From NCBI GenBank assembly GCA_965277805.1, contig OZ255842.1, positions 1,184,001 through 1,248,000 of the forward strand: a stretch of 64,000 bases of DNA, in the 5' to 3' direction. A program made the position numbers and the translations under genes. Numbering within the stretch: the stretch's first letter is position 1; each line of letters begins with the position of its first letter. The DNA comes from Candidatus Lustribacter sp. GTDB taxonomy: Bacteria; Vulcanimicrobiota; Vulcanimicrobiia; Vulcanimicrobiales; Vulcanimicrobiaceae. Shown in pieces: positions 9,874 through 20,265 of the stretch. A model generated the notes under the pieces. The model worked only from the letters and a program-made list of their open reading frames with translations. It ran no database searches and was not told the DNA's origin.

Positions 9874-10455
9874 ATGCCGAAAACGTCCAACCGCGACCGG
9901 ATCCTGACCGAGGGCCTGCGCGTCGTCCACGAGCGGGGGTTCGCCAACGCCAGCGTGCGCGACATCGTCCAGGCGGCGGGCGTCCCGCAAGGCTCGTTCA
10001 CGAACCACTTCGCGTCGAAGGAAGCGTTCGGGCTCGAGATCATCGAGATCTACTACGAGAACTCGCGCCGCAACATCGCCGAGACCCTGCGCAACGACGC
10101 CCGCGATCCGCTGGAGCGCCTGGCCGCCTACATCGATAACACCAAGGAGCGCATGAACGCCAATAGCATGCGCAACGGCTGTTTGATGGGGAATTTCACG
10201 GCAGAGGCCGCCGAAAACAGCGAGCCGATCCGGCGCCGGCTGGTCGAGGCGTTCGCCGAGACGCGCGAGGCCTTCGCGTACTGTCTGCGGGCTGCCGTTG
10301 CAGCTGGGCAAATCAAGCCCACGCTGGACGTAAATGACCTCGCCGGCTTTATCGTATCATCGATTCAGGGCGCTATTCTCATTTCGAAGGCGCACCAGAG
10401 CCCCGAGCCGATCGAGCGCTTCAAGCGGGTACTCTTTTCGACCGTCCTTGCTTGA
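9874..10455 (+). CDS. TetR/NemR-like regulator
   Basis: HTH ASVRDIVQAAGVPQGSFTNHFASKE; GCLMGN. Confidence 0.93.
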   Translation: MPKTSNRDRILTEGLRVVHERGFANASVRDIVQAAGVPQGSFTNHFASKEAFGLEIIEIYYENSRRNIAETLRNDARDPLERLAAYIDNTKERMNANSMRNGCLMGNFTAEAAENSEPIRRRLVEAFAETREAFAYCLRAAVAAGQIKPTLDVNDLAGFIVSSIQGAILISKAHQSPEPIERFKRVLFSTVLA

Positions 10456-10488
10456 CAATACGGACGTACATATTATAACATCGGGCTC
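10452..10488 (+). promoter_or_regulatory. Sigma70-like promoter/operator of SDR gene, probably leaderless
   Basis: TTGACA, TACGGACGTA near-palindrome, TAACAT 7 nt before ATG, no SD. Confidence 0.62.
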
Positions 10489-11232
10489 ATGAACGAACCC
10501 GTTGTCCTCATCACCGGCGCGCTCGCCGGGATCGGCCGAGCCACCGCGCTGGCCTTCGCCCGCGACCATGCAAGGATCGTCGTCTCCGGCCGCCACGATG
10601 ACGCGGGCCAGGCGCTGGTGGCCGAACTCCGCGCCCTGGGCTCCGAGGCCGAATTCTTCCGCAGCGACGTCCGCAGTGACGACGATCTGCGGAATCTGGT
10701 CGACCAGACCGTCGCGCGTTTCGGTAGGCTCGACGTCGCGGTCAACAACGCCGGCCGCGAAGGCACGGGGCCTATCACGGAGCAAACGGCGCAAACGTAC
10801 GCCGAGATCTTCGATACGAACGTGCTCGGCGTGCTGCTCAGCCTCAAGCACGAGCTGCGCGTGATGCAGCCGCAAGGCTCGGGCAGCATCATCAACCTTT
10901 CATCCACGGTGGGCCATCGCGGCGCGCCGGGTGCCGCCGTCTATACCGCGAGCAAACACGCGGTCGAAGGTCTGACGAAATCTACCGCGCTCGAGGCCGC
11001 GCCGTTCGGCGTGCGTGTGAACGCCGTTGCGCCGGGCCCGACCGATACCGAAATGCTCACGCGGTTCACCGGCACGGCCGATCGCAAAGCCGGACTCGTG
11101 GCGGGTGTGCCGATGAAACGCGCCGGCACGGTCGATGAGATCGCCGATGCGATCGTTTTTCTTGCCTCATCCAAAGCCGGCTTCATCACCGGACAAATCG
11201 TCGACGTCAACGGCGGAAAGACGGCCCTATAA
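10489..11232 (+). CDS. Short-chain dehydrogenase/reductase
   Basis: TGALAGIG, NNAG, YTASK. Confidence 0.95.
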   Translation: MNEPVVLITGALAGIGRATALAFARDHARIVVSGRHDDAGQALVAELRALGSEAEFFRSDVRSDDDLRNLVDQTVARFGRLDVAVNNAGREGTGPITEQTAQTYAEIFDTNVLGVLLSLKHELRVMQPQGSGSIINLSSTVGHRGAPGAAVYTASKHAVEGLTKSTALEAAPFGVRVNAVAPGPTDTEMLTRFTGTADRKAGLVAGVPMKRAGTVDEIADAIVFLASSKAGFITGQIVDVNGGKTAL

Positions 11233-11233
11233 G

Positions 11234-12409
11234 ATGCGCGCGTTCATTACAGCTTTTATTTTGGTCTTTATGGTCGCCGGGTCGACGGCCATTAGTTCGC
11301 TCTTCGTCGGCTATCGCACGCAGTGGGGCCTCACCAGCGCCGACGTCGCGATCGTGTTCTCGGTCTACGTGGGCACGCTGCTGCCGGTGCTGCTGTTCTT
11401 CGGTGGTCTCGCGGAACGTTTCGGACGCCGGCGCGTTGCCGTTGCCGGACTCGCGTTGATGATTGCCGGTCTTGCGACGCTGACGCTTGCGCATACTTTG
11501 GCGTTCCTGATCGTCGCGCGGCTGTTTCAAGGCGCGGGCATCGGTCTTGCGGTCGGTGGGCTGACCGCCGCAATGGCCGAAACGTATCGCGGCAAACTGC
11601 CCACCGGAAGCGTGCTGCAGACGGTGGCGGCGATCGGTCTCTTCATGGGTCCCGTCATCAGCGCGATCGCCTTCAATCTCGGCGGCGGCTTGAACGCCTC
11701 GTACATCCCAGGTCTCGTGATCGCTATCGCGTTGCTGGCGCTGATCCGCTTCGTCGCCGAACGTCCGACGAACCCCGGAACCGCGCAGCCGGCCGACGTG
11801 GCGTATTCGCCGGCGGCCGTGGCGGGCGCGTTGCGCTTCGCTCTGCCGGTCGCATTCGTGTCGTGGGCCGGGCTCTCGCTCTTTCTCTCGCTCATCCCGT
11901 CGTATCTCGCAACGGCGCTGCACGCGACGAACCCGGCGGTCGGGGCGGGCGCGATCTTCGCATCGCAACTGGCGTCGATCATCGTCACGCTGTCCTTGCG
12001 TAACATCTCGCCCGAGCACGGTGGCATCTACGGTTCGCTCGCCAGCGTCACCGGCATCGCATTGCTGGTCATCGGCACGACGACGAACTCGTGGGGCCTG
12101 ATCGTCCTTGCAACGCTGCTTGCGGGCGGCGGCAGCGGCATGGCGTCGGCCGCGAGCTTCGGCATCGCCGGGCGCATCGGCCGCGGTCACCGCGCGAAGG
12201 TGTTCGCCCGCTGGTACGTCGCCGCGTACGCGGGTTACAGCATCCCGGTCCTCGCGATCGGCCTGATCGCCGCGCACACCTCATTCGAAACGGCGTTCAT
12301 CATCGTCACGGCCCTGCTCGCAGCAATAGTCGCGGTACTCCCGCGGCTCTTGCCCGCACGCAACCGCGCCTCGGGATCCGAACTCGACTTCCTCGCTGCA
12401 GCGGCCTAA
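11234..12409 (+). CDS. MFS transporter
   Basis: GGLAERFGRRR motif A; hydrophobic helices. Confidence 0.9.
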   Translation: MRAFITAFILVFMVAGSTAISSLFVGYRTQWGLTSADVAIVFSVYVGTLLPVLLFFGGLAERFGRRRVAVAGLALMIAGLATLTLAHTLAFLIVARLFQGAGIGLAVGGLTAAMAETYRGKLPTGSVLQTVAAIGLFMGPVISAIAFNLGGGLNASYIPGLVIAIALLALIRFVAERPTNPGTAQPADVAYSPAAVAGALRFALPVAFVSWAGLSLFLSLIPSYLATALHATNPAVGAGAIFASQLASIIVTLSLRNISPEHGGIYGSLASVTGIALLVIGTTTNSWGLIVLATLLAGGGSGMASAASFGIAGRIGRGHRAKVFARWYVAAYAGYSIPVLAIGLIAAHTSFETAFIIVTALLAAIVAVLPRLLPARNRASGSELDFLAAAA

Positions 12410-12450
12410 CATTCGCTGTCGCAACTCGCCTTTTTTTTTCCGCGAATAGG

Positions 12451-12460
12451 TGTATATACA
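12451..12460. promoter_or_regulatory. Palindrome TGTATATACA, putative MarR operator
   Basis: Perfect AT-rich palindrome immediately before efflux gene co-transcribed with marR. Confidence 0.55.
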
Positions 12461-12461
12461 A

Positions 12462-13976
12462 ATGAATGCGACCGTGGTGCCTACCGTCGAATTCGGCTGG
12501 CGCCGCTTTGCGATCGTGGCCGGCGTTATGTGCGCGGCCTTGTTGCAGACCCTCGACTCGACGATCGTGAACGTCGCGTTGCCCACAATCGAGGGCAACG
12601 TCGGCGCATCGATCGACGACGGCGCCTGGATCGTCACCGGCTACATCATCTCCAACGTCATCGTCATTCCGCTCGCGCCGTACCTGCTGGCGGTATTCGG
12701 ACGCCGGCAGTACTACGCCGCCTCGATCATCGGCTTCACCCTTGCCTCGGTGCTGTGCGGCACGGCGACGACATTGCCGCTGTTGGTGACGTATCGCATC
12801 GTACAAGGAATCTTCGGCGGCGGTCTCATCGCGACGTCGCAGCTGGTTCTCCGTGAGACCTTTCCAGCGGACAAGATCGGAACGAGTTCCGGTCTCTTCG
12901 CGATCGCGCTGACGGCGGGCCCGGCGCTCGGACCGGTACTGGGCGGCTACCTCACGGATAACTATTCCTGGCCCTGGGTGTTCGAAATCAACCTCGTGCC
13001 GGGTGCGATCGCGGCATTGATCATGCTGACGATGCTGCGCAATCCGCATGCGCCACGCCGCTTGCCGTTCGACGGCGCCGGTGTCGCGCTGCTCGCGGCG
13101 GGTCTCGGGTCGTTTCAATTCGTCCTCGACGAGGGCGAACGCTACGACTGGTTTTCGAGCCCGGACATCGTTCTTGCCGTGGTCGTGAGCGCGGCGGGCT
13201 TGATCGGGTTCGTCGTGTGGGAGCTGTTCGGGGCGAAACACCCGATCGTCGATCTGCGCGCGCTGCGCGCCGGAAACATCGGGATCGGCGTGCTGGTCGC
13301 CGTGCTGCTGGGCATGGTGAGCTTCGGGCCGACGATCATGATGCCGCAGTACGTCCAAGCGAGTCTCGCCTTTACCGCAATGCTCAGCGGTCAGCTGATG
13401 CTCATGCGTGCGCTCCCGGTCGTGCTGCTGACCCCGCTCGTCGCGAACGTGGCGCAGAAGCTAGACCCGCGCATCCTGATTGCGGCCGGCTCGGCGATCA
13501 GCGCGGTGAGCCTGTTCGCCGTCAGCGGCGTCATGACGACGACGAGCGACTTCGGCGCGCTCGCGATCCCGCTCATCCTCAGCGGGGTCGGGCAGGCCGT
13601 CGTGTTCGTGCCGCTTCTGGTCGCCGTTCTGACGAGCGTCCCGCCGCAGCGCAACGCCACGGCGGGCTCGTTTCTCAGTCTGTCGTTCAATATGGGCGCC
13701 TCGATTTCAAGCGCCGTGCTGATCACCATTTTCGATCAACGCACGTATTTCCACGCCGACATCGACCGCGGAGCGGTCACCCTGAATAACCCGCTCTTCG
13801 CCCACCAAGGCATAACGCAACAAGCGATTGCGACGCTGGGACGGCTCGTCAACGCGCAGGCAACGAACGCCGGATTCGCCGATGCAATGCTGGCTCTCGT
13901 TCCGGTTTCGGTCGCGGCGATCGCGCTGCTGGCGTTCATGCGCAGGCGGGCCCCGCAGCCCGTCAAAGCCACCTAG
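12462..13976 (+). CDS. DHA2 (EmrB/QacA) MFS efflux transporter
   Basis: LDSTIVNVALP, GPVLGGYLTDNYSWPWVFEIN. Confidence 0.93.
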   Translation: MNATVVPTVEFGWRRFAIVAGVMCAALLQTLDSTIVNVALPTIEGNVGASIDDGAWIVTGYIISNVIVIPLAPYLLAVFGRRQYYAASIIGFTLASVLCGTATTLPLLVTYRIVQGIFGGGLIATSQLVLRETFPADKIGTSSGLFAIALTAGPALGPVLGGYLTDNYSWPWVFEINLVPGAIAALIMLTMLRNPHAPRRLPFDGAGVALLAAGLGSFQFVLDEGERYDWFSSPDIVLAVVVSAAGLIGFVVWELFGAKHPIVDLRALRAGNIGIGVLVAVLLGMVSFGPTIMMPQYVQASLAFTAMLSGQLMLMRALPVVLLTPLVANVAQKLDPRILIAAGSAISAVSLFAVSGVMTTTSDFGALAIPLILSGVGQAVVFVPLLVAVLTSVPPQRNATAGSFLSLSFNMGASISSAVLITIFDQRTYFHADIDRGAVTLNNPLFAHQGITQQAIATLGRLVNAQATNAGFADAMLALVPVSVAAIALLAFMRRRAPQPVKAT

Positions 13977-14405
13977 ATGGCTGCCGCTTCGGTTACCGAT
14001 CTTCCGTGCATGTGTGCGACCATCCGGCGAGCCAGCCGGCTGGTGACGTCCGCATACGATGACGCGTTGCGACCGAGCGGCCTTCGGATTACGCAATTCT
14101 CGATGTTACAAGTCCTGAGTGCCGCCGGCGAACTCTCGCAAACGGAGCTCGGCTCCGCGATGGGGCTCGACCGGACGACGCTCACGCGTTCGCTCAAGCC
14201 GCTCGCGGCGGACGGTCTCGTTCGCATCGCGGCAGGAGCCGACCGCCGCGTGCGGCTGGTCACGGTCACCGCTGCCGGTAAGCGCGCACTGGCCGCCGCA
14301 TTGGCGTGCTGGCGTAACGCACAGCGCGAGCTCAAGCGCAAGCTGGGTCCCGAGTTGTGGGAACGCCTAGTGCGGGACCTGCGGATGGTCGCGGACGTTC
14401 ACTAG
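13977..14405 (+). CDS. MarR-family regulator
   Basis: CMCATIRRASR, LDRTTLTRSL, DRRVRLVTVT. Confidence 0.92.
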   Translation: MAAASVTDLPCMCATIRRASRLVTSAYDDALRPSGLRITQFSMLQVLSAAGELSQTELGSAMGLDRTTLTRSLKPLAADGLVRIAAGADRRVRLVTVTAAGKRALAAALACWRNAQRELKRKLGPELWERLVRDLRMVADVH

Positions 14406-15433
14406 CGCACGACGCCGATGAGTTTGGTGGCTTCGGCGGAGAGCGAGGTGTCGACGACGCGGTCGACTGTGATGTCGCCGCCCTCGATGAAGCCCTGGGC
14501 TTTGTAGAACGCAAGGTCGGCGCGCATCGAGGCGAGGTTGAGCCGGCCGTTCGGATCGGCGCTCGTGGGCGTCGTGCGCATGACGAGTGCTTGCGGCGCA
14601 CCGGTTTGGGTTGAGATGAGCTGGCTGACTTCTTGACCGATCGGGCCGTCGAACTTACCGTTTTTCAACGCCGAACGATAGTAGCGCACGCCTTTGAGGA
14701 ATCCGGCGAGGTAACGAACGATCACGTCGCGCCTGTTCTTGATCAGCGCGGCCGAACACAGCACACACGACACTTCCTGATCGGGATAGAACTGGTCGTT
14801 GCCCATGATGGCGACGGCCACGCCGCTTTCGACCGCGAGCGTTGCGAACGGTTCGATCGTGAGCGCGCCGTCGATCGCGCCGTTGGTGAGCGCGATCGCG
14901 TGCTGGTTGTACGGCAGCACCGTGCGCTGCACGTCGTTATACGCGATCCCCGCCATGGCGGTGAGCCGCGCCATCTGGCAGGCGCTCGAACTCGCCTTCG
15001 CGGCGCCGGCGATGGTCATGCCCTTGAGGTCTTTGATCGTCTTGAAGCGCCCGCTCTTCACGAGGTCAGTGCGGATCAACAGTTTCGACCAGCCGTAGCC
15101 CTTCGGATCCGTCGAGGCGTCGGCAACCGCGCGGATGTCGATGCCGCGGATCACCGCGTTGTACAAGCTTGCCGCCGGCGCGCCGGAGCCGATGTCGAGG
15201 CCCGTTTGCGAGAGCAGCGGCATCATCACTTCGCTCGAGGTGAACTTCACCGGATCGACCTTGATCCCGTGGTCGCGAAAGTACCCTTTGCTGTCGGCGA
15301 TATAGAGCGGCGCGTCGCTGCCGATCCCGAGCACGCCGACCCGAATCGTGGCGAGATCCTGCGCACCCGCGGGTCGTACCGCGAGAGCGGATACGGTTGC
15401 GGCCATGCCGCCGACGAACGGTGCACGCTTCAT
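14402..15433 (-). CDS. SsuA/THI5-like ABC substrate-binding protein
   Basis: KGYFRDHGI, KDLKG, IEPF; paralog of 6739..7785. Confidence 0.88.
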   Translation of the reverse strand: MKRAPFVGGMAATVSALAVRPAGAQDLATIRVGVLGIGSDAPLYIADSKGYFRDHGIKVDPVKFTSSEVMMPLLSQTGLDIGSGAPAASLYNAVIRGIDIRAVADASTDPKGYGWSKLLIRTDLVKSGRFKTIKDLKGMTIAGAAKASSSACQMARLTAMAGIAYNDVQRTVLPYNQHAIALTNGAIDGALTIEPFATLAVESGVAVAIMGNDQFYPDQEVSCVLCSAALIKNRRDVIVRYLAGFLKGVRYYRSALKNGKFDGPIGQEVSQLISTQTGAPQALVMRTTPTSADPNGRLNLASMRADLAFYKAQGFIEGGDITVDRVVDTSLSAEATKLIGVVR

Positions 15434-16569
15434 GCTTCACTCCGTTTCCCGAGATAGTGGTCGGTATCGGCGCCGAGCTCCGGCGCGGCGCTCGTGATGG
15501 TTACGGGCGTATCGCTCAAGCGCACCGGGCTGCCGACAACGGTGACCGAGCCGCGCTTGGGGTGCGGCAGCGTGCGCTTGAGCTGCAGCTGCTCGACCTG
15601 CGGATCCTCGAAGACTTCCTGAAAGTTGTTGAGCGGCCCGCACGGCACGTCGTTTTTGCGCAAGAGTTCGAGCCACGCCTCGCGCGGTTTCGTGCGGAAG
15701 ATCGCGGCCAACTCGGCATCGAGCGCGTCGTAGTTCTTCACGCGGCCCTCGCGCGTTTTGTAGCGCTCGTCGTTCGCCATTGCCTCGGCGCCGGCCGCTG
15801 TGAGCATGCCCGACCAGAACTTCGGCGGCGAGGAGAGGTGCACGACGAACGGCTTGCCGTCGGCCGCCACGAACGTGAACACTTGCGCTTGGCGCGTGCG
15901 CGTCGCGCGGCTCGGCGATTTCGTGCCCTCTTCGAAGAAGTTGGCGGCGTTCTCGGCCAGAAACGCGATCGACGATTCGAGCAGCGAGGTCTCGACATGC
16001 TGACCGCGCCCCGTGCGCTCGCGCGCGATCAGCGCCGCGAGCACGCCGTAGCAGGCGAAGATGCCGGCAAGATGATCGGAGAGCGAGATGCCCATCGGCT
16101 TCGGATCGTTCATCTCCGTCAGCAGGCTGAGCAGACCGCTCATCCCTTGGCCGACCGTGTCGTACCCCGGATAGTCGCGATACGGCCCTTCGTTGCCGAA
16201 GCCCGTGATCGAAGTATAGATGAGGCGCGGGTTGAGCGCTTGCACGTCGTCGTACCCGAGGCCGCTGCGCTCGAGCGTTCCGGGGCGGAAGTTCTGGATG
16301 AGCACGTCGGCATCGGCGATCAGCCCGCGCAGCATTTCGACGTCGCCCGGGTTCTTGAGATCGAGCACTACGCTTTTCTTGTTGCGGTTGAGCGAGCCGA
16401 ACGTCGCGCTGTATTCGACCTTACCCCAGCCGCGGAACGGATCGCCGCCGTTGGGACCTTCGATCTTGATCACGGTCGCGCCCAGATCGCCGAGCAGCAT
16501 TGCCGCATATGGGCCGCTCACGTAATTCGCGATCTCGAGTACGGTGACGCCGTCGAGTGCCGCGCTCAC
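15430..16569 (-). CDS. CaiB/BaiF class III CoA-transferase
   Basis: GPYAAMLLGDLGA, NRNKKS, NFRPG, PGYD, APELGADT. Confidence 0.94.
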   Translation of the reverse strand: MSAALDGVTVLEIANYVSGPYAAMLLGDLGATVIKIEGPNGGDPFRGWGKVEYSATFGSLNRNKKSVVLDLKNPGDVEMLRGLIADADVLIQNFRPGTLERSGLGYDDVQALNPRLIYTSITGFGNEGPYRDYPGYDTVGQGMSGLLSLLTEMNDPKPMGISLSDHLAGIFACYGVLAALIARERTGRGQHVETSLLESSIAFLAENAANFFEEGTKSPSRATRTRQAQVFTFVAADGKPFVVHLSSPPKFWSGMLTAAGAEAMANDERYKTREGRVKNYDALDAELAAIFRTKPREAWLELLRKNDVPCGPLNNFQEVFEDPQVEQLQLKRTLPHPKRGSVTVVGSPVRLSDTPVTITSAAPELGADTDHYLGKRSEA

Positions 16570-16982
16570 GAACGCCGCTCGAACTTCGGAATCAGGAAAC
16601 CGTCGCGCTGATCTTCGTAGACGACGCGCACCGGCATCTCGCACGTTACGTCGCTCACCGGCATGTTCACGATGTTCGAGATGAACCGCGGCCCTTCATC
16701 GAGCTCGACGACCGCGACGACGTAAGGCACCTTGTCCTTGAACGCCGGGTGGTAGACGCGGTGATAGACGATGAACGAGTAGATCTTGCCGTTGCCGCTC
16801 ACCTCGATCCAGGTAAAGTCGGTTTTTTCACACGTGCCGCAGGCGACCGTCGGCGGAAAGCTGATCGTGCCGCAAGCCGTGCACTTGGGCATCAGCAGTT
16901 TGCGCTGCTGAACGCCGTCCCAGAACGCCTGCGTCTCGATCGACGGCTGCGGCAGCGGAAGTAGGGAACGATCGTTCATCAT
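16566..16982 (-). CDS. Zn-ribbon/OB-fold (DUF35) thiolase partner
   Basis: CTAC...CGTC, PYVVAVVELDEGPR. Confidence 0.92.
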   Translation of the reverse strand: MMNDRSLLPLPQPSIETQAFWDGVQQRKLLMPKCTACGTISFPPTVACGTCEKTDFTWIEVSGNGKIYSFIVYHRVYHPAFKDKVPYVVAVVELDEGPRFISNIVNMPVSDVTCEMPVRVVYEDQRDGFLIPKFERRS

Positions 16983-18136
16983 GCACGTCCCAGCAGCAGG
17001 CTCGAGTGACATACCGTGTTGCCGCCGTGCCCGCTTATGAGCGCGATTTCGGCGTCCTTCACCTGACGTTCGGGGCCGTACTGGTGCCGCAGTTGCCGCA
17101 CGCCCTCGACGATCTGCAGCATGCCCTCGACGTGCGCTTCGGAGAGTTGACCGCCGGAGGTGTTGGTCGGGATCGCACCGCGGAGCTCGAGCGCGCCCGA
17201 CGCGACGAACGGTCCGCCTTCGCCCTTCTTGCAGAACCCGTAGTCCTCGAGTTGCGCCATCACCATGTAGGTGAAGCAGTCGTAGATTTGCGCGGTGCTG
17301 ACGTCTTTGGCGCTCAGCCCCGCCATCTTGTAGGCGGTCTCGCCGCTTTGCTTGGCCGCTAGGCGAATCATGTGATCTTCAACCAGCCAGCCGCGCGTGT
17401 TGTTGAACGTGCCGAAGCCTTTGATGACGACGGGTGGCTGTTTGAGTGTTTTCGCACGCTCGAGTGAGGTCACGATAACGGCGCCGGCCCCGTCGCTGAC
17501 CAAACTGCAGTCGTAGAGTCCGAAGGGCTCGGCAATCATGCGCGCGTTGAGATAATCGTCCATGGTCAGCGGTTTCTTCATGACGGCGTTGGGGTTACGC
17601 AGGGCATGATCGCGCAGCGCCATCGCGACGTGACCGAAATGCTCGCGTGTCGTGCCGAATTCATACATGTGCCGCTGCGCGCCGAGAGCGTGCGTTCCCG
17701 GAGCGCCGAAGTAGCCGAATTCCGGCGCGAACTCTTTGGGCAGCTGGTCGTCGGGCACGAGCTCCATCTGCGTGCGCGTGCCTTCGCTTGCGTGCGTGCG
17801 TGTCCAGCTGTTGCGGCCGTAGCCGGTGATCACGGTCGTCGCGAGCCCGGCGTCGATCGCCATGCACGCCAGCGCGACGGCCAGGATCTGGCTCGCGCCG
17901 CCGTTGTCGAGCGAGGTGCTGAAGCGCACGTCGATGCCGAGCCGTGCGCCGATGCGCTGATGGTGCGTGTAGATGTCGTCGGCACCGCGCGACACGATCC
18001 CGTCGATGTCGCTGACTTTCAGCCCCGCGTCGTCGATGGCGCGCCGCATTGCCTGTTCGAGCAGGTAGAGCGAGTCTTTGCCCGTCCGCCCGAGATCGCT
18101 CGTCGCCGTTCCGACGATCGCGTACTTATCGCGCAC
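16979..18136 (-). CDS. Thiolase-like (SCP2/Ltp2-type) protein
   Basis: DCSLVSDGAGA, IYDCFT, NTSGGQLSEAH. Confidence 0.92.
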   Translation of the reverse strand: MRDKYAIVGTATSDLGRTGKDSLYLLEQAMRRAIDDAGLKVSDIDGIVSRGADDIYTHHQRIGARLGIDVRFSTSLDNGGASQILAVALACMAIDAGLATTVITGYGRNSWTRTHASEGTRTQMELVPDDQLPKEFAPEFGYFGAPGTHALGAQRHMYEFGTTREHFGHVAMALRDHALRNPNAVMKKPLTMDDYLNARMIAEPFGLYDCSLVSDGAGAVIVTSLERAKTLKQPPVVIKGFGTFNNTRGWLVEDHMIRLAAKQSGETAYKMAGLSAKDVSTAQIYDCFTYMVMAQLEDYGFCKKGEGGPFVASGALELRGAIPTNTSGGQLSEAHVEGMLQIVEGVRQLRHQYGPERQVKDAEIALISGHGGNTVCHSSLLLGRA

Positions 18137-19226
18137 TGCGCAGCCCCTTTGCTTCCAGCCGTGGAAAGATCTCGTCGTTGTACCAGCGCACTTCGTCTCC
18201 GTAGTGCGGGCTGGTCATCCCGATACCGGTAAACCCGATCTCGCTGATCAGGGCGAGCTGTTCGGCAATCTCATCCGGACTCCCAATGCACGCGAAGCCG
18301 CCGCTGGTCGTGGCGTAGCGAACGCGCAGCGCATCGCGCTCTTCGGTCGTCTTCACGTCCTTCAGGCGGCCGCGCATGCGCAGCATGTTGTCGACGGCTT
18401 CCCAATCGGCTTGCTCGACGCACAGGTAATGATGGTAGTCCTCGGCCTCTTTGCGCGTCGCGCGGCAGAGCACGGTGCCGTTGGTGTAGACCTGAATCTG
18501 CCGGCCCACATCGTTCGCTGCTTGCTTGAGCGCGGCCACGTCGTTCTTCGCGCGGGCGAGCGAGTCGGCATCGAAGCCGTAGCTCGCGGCGGTGAAGAGC
18601 GCATCGCAGTTACGCAGCGCGAACGCCCGCCCGTCGTCGGATATCGCCGCGTTCATGATCAGCGGGTTGACGTCGGCATAGGGCTTGGGCTTCGCACGCA
18701 CGCCCTTGAGGTGATAGAAGTTGCCTTCGAAATCGAAGTCGTTCTCGGCCCACGTACGCTTGAGCGCGTCGATCCACTCCTGCGCCTGTTCGTAGCGGCC
18801 GCCGTGGTCTTTCTGCTCGATGCCGAACATGTTGAACTCGTCTTCGTTCCAGCCCGCAACGATGTTGAGCCCGAAACGCCCGTGACCGACTTGGTCGGCC
18901 GTCACCATTTGCTTCGCGGCGATCACCGGATGAAACAGCGGCACGTGCACGGTGCCGAAAACATTGATCCGTTTCGTCGCGGCGAGCAAGCCCGTCGCCC
19001 AGGTGATCGTTTCGAACGACGTCCCGGCGTAATCCGTCGCGCCGCCGTAGCCTTTCCAGCGGCCGATCGGCAAGAGAAAATCCATCCCCGCCTCATCGGC
19101 GAGTTGCGATGCGCGCAGGTTGTCATCCCAGCTTGCCGACCAGCGTTCCTTGGCAAGCGTGATGTATCGTCCGGAGGAGCAGTTTTGCCCGAAATACCCG
19201 ATTTTCAGGGTGTTGTCGTTGCCCAT
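18126..19226 (-). CDS. LLM-class flavin-dependent monooxygenase
   Basis: PIGRWKGYGG, HPVIAAKQ, GRFGLNIVAGW. Confidence 0.92.
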   Translation of the reverse strand: MGNDNTLKIGYFGQNCSSGRYITLAKERWSASWDDNLRASQLADEAGMDFLLPIGRWKGYGGATDYAGTSFETITWATGLLAATKRINVFGTVHVPLFHPVIAAKQMVTADQVGHGRFGLNIVAGWNEDEFNMFGIEQKDHGGRYEQAQEWIDALKRTWAENDFDFEGNFYHLKGVRAKPKPYADVNPLIMNAAISDDGRAFALRNCDALFTAASYGFDADSLARAKNDVAALKQAANDVGRQIQVYTNGTVLCRATRKEAEDYHHYLCVEQADWEAVDNMLRMRGRLKDVKTTEERDALRVRYATTSGGFACIGSPDEIAEQLALISEIGFTGIGMTSPHYGDEVRWYNDEIFPRLEAKGLRSAR

Positions 19227-19321
19227 TGAGGCGCGGCTCGAGACCGCTTGGAGCGTCGTCTTCACGCTCGCCGTGTCCGGGGTCGCGGGCGGCGGCTCCT
19301 CTAAAGGCGAAAGGCGGCGCC

Positions 19322-20254
19322 ATGAATCGACGCACCGCACTCGGACTCATCGGCGCTGCAGGCGCCATGAGCGCCCTGCCGGCAACACCCGTCCTCGCCG
19401 ATGATGCCATGCGGCTGGCCGCGCCCGCGCTCGATGCGACGGCGTTGATGTTTTATGCGAACGATCAGAACTTTTTCAAGAACGCCGGACTGACCGTCGA
19501 CCTGCAAGCGATGGCCAACGGCGAAGCCGTCACGCTCGCGATCGCCGGCGGCGCGGTCGACATCGGCTGCTCCGAGGCGATCTCGCTGATCCTCGCGTTT
19601 CACAAAGGCATTCCGCTCACGCTCATCGCGGCGGGCGGCGTCCAGACGCCCACCTCGGCAACCGGGTTGCTCTTCGCGCGCAACGACCTCAACGCCAAAA
19701 CCGGCGCCGATTTCAACGGCAAGACGGTCGCGGTCGTCGGCCTCAACGGCTTCGCGCAGTACGGCACGCAGAATTGGATCGACAAGAACGGCGGCGATTC
19801 AAAGACGGTGAAGTTCGTGCAGTTCGCCGGCGGACAGATCGGCGTTGCCTTACAAGACGGCCGCATTGACGGCGCTTTCGTTCCCGAACCGTTCGTGTCG
19901 GCAGTCAAGAAAGTCGCGCATCCGGTCGCCAACTCGATGGGCGCTATCGCTCCAACCTTCGTCTCGAGCGCGCACTTCACGACCGTCCCGTATGCGAAGG
20001 CGCATGCCGACGAGATTCGCAAGTTCCAAGCCGCGCTCGCCAAAGCCGCCGATTGGTCCAACGCCAACACCGACCAAACCGCCGTGATCCTCGAACGCGT
20101 CGCCCGCGTCTCCCCCGAAGTCGTGAACGCCTCAGTGCGCGCGCACTACGCCGGCGGCCTCACCCCCGCTCTCGTCCAACCGATGATCGACGTCGCCGCC
20201 AAATACGGCAACTTCCCAACCTTCCCAGCCGCCGAGATGATCTTCCGCGCCTAA
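19322..20254 (+). CDS. SsuA/THI5-like ABC substrate-binding protein (Tat-like signal)
   Basis: MNRRTALG, WIDKNGGDSK, PEPF, QPMIDVAAKYG. Confidence 0.88.
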   Translation: MNRRTALGLIGAAGAMSALPATPVLADDAMRLAAPALDATALMFYANDQNFFKNAGLTVDLQAMANGEAVTLAIAGGAVDIGCSEAISLILAFHKGIPLTLIAAGGVQTPTSATGLLFARNDLNAKTGADFNGKTVAVVGLNGFAQYGTQNWIDKNGGDSKTVKFVQFAGGQIGVALQDGRIDGAFVPEPFVSAVKKVAHPVANSMGAIAPTFVSSAHFTTVPYAKAHADEIRKFQAALAKAADWSNANTDQTAVILERVARVSPEVVNASVRAHYAGGLTPALVQPMIDVAAKYGNFPTFPAAEMIFRA

Positions 20255-20265
20255 CCGTCCATCAT

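Noticed and set aside
12431-12439. T9 tract as a phase-variation site
   Set aside because: Intergenic and short; no evidence of length variation
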